In this document: positions 34,351 to 34,736 of the stretch, one piece after another
How the letters are laid out: every line of letters begins with the position of its first letter
How positions within the stretch are numbered: the stretch's first letter is position 1
DNA from: a virus
Lineage: Duplodnaviria; Caudoviricetes
DNA length: 34,736 nt
Reading direction: 5' to 3' (one strand)
IMG/VR virus record: IMGVR_UViG_3300042349_000588
Location: 1-34,736 of that record
Program-made: the position numbers and the translations under genes
Notes under the pieces: generated by a model
Seen by the model: the letters and a program-made list of their open reading frames with translations, nothing else
Told to the model about the DNA's origin: nothing
Database searches by the model: none

Positions 34351-34736
34351 ATGAGCAAATTTTTACGTGAATCGCAAAGCGGTATTGAACGGGTCGACAC
34401 CCAGGCCGGAATCATCTACGGCGTGAAGGTACTGGGGCCACGGTCCCGGAACGGTCGCGTCTATGAGGACTCAGCGATCCGCAAAGCCCTCCCGCTCTAC
34501 GAGGGGGTGACGGTCAATATCAACCACGTTCGACCTGACCCGAAGACCGGCGCGCATGTCGAGAGGCCAATGCAAGACCGCTGGGGCGTGCTTCGCAACG
34601 TCCGGTACGTCGAGGGGAGCATCTACGCCGACCTGCATTACATCAAGAGCCACCCAATGACGAAGCAGCTCGTTGAGGCTGCACAGCGATTCCCTGAAAT
34701 CTTCGGGCTGTCCCATGATGCCGGTGGGGATGAACA
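34351..34736 (+). CDS. prohead protease, T4 gp21-like (partial, runs off the window; not in the ORF track)
   Basis: manual translation MSKFLRES...SRNGRVY...NINH...GLSHDA; follows portal and MuF. Confidence 0.8.
   Translation, partial: MSKFLRESQSGIERVDTQAGIIYGVKVLGPRSRNGRVYEDSAIRKALPLYEGVTVNINHVRPDPKTGAHVERPMQDRWGVLRNVRYVEGSIYADLHYIKSHPMTKQLVEAAQRFPEIFGLSHDAGGDE

Overview
A 34.7-kb segment of a tailed dsDNA bacteriophage genome, almost all coded on the + strand. No integrase or host housekeeping genes are seen. A planctomycete-like host is only an inference from gene content. Left part: an accessory module (CsrA-like protein, Ycf46-type AAA+ ATPase, DUF1257/DUF2997-like genes), a RecE-like exonuclease, a cluster of tRNA-like RNAs, DUF5131, a fatty-acid hydroxylase, an ERF recombinase, a ParB-HTH protein, an SF2 helicase, HNH, RusA, an ECF-like sigma factor, ASCH and a ParB-methyltransferase. 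Middle: terminase with an intein, then about 8.6 kb of small accessory genes. Right: portal, MuF-like head protein and the start of a T4 gp21-like prohead protease. Most notable observations: (1) the portal is a 1171-aa polyprotein carrying two ADP-ribosyltransferase-like domains, each behind a repeated DGDGDG leader and bounded by [LIV]-x-E sites resembling prohead-protease cleavage sites; (2) the AAA+ domain has Walker B placed before Walker A; (3) the 16-bp palindrome TTGGAAACGTTTCCAA occurs 7 times, once inside the ParB-like gene and three times just downstream of promoters; (4) a fixed-spacing promoter-like motif TTT-N14-GTGGCGTT occurs 12 times; (5) two tRNA-like RNAs have intact D/T arms but no normal anticodon loop; (6) the terminase intein is class 3 (WCT) and starts with Leu. 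All family assignments are from motif recognition by eye, not database searches.
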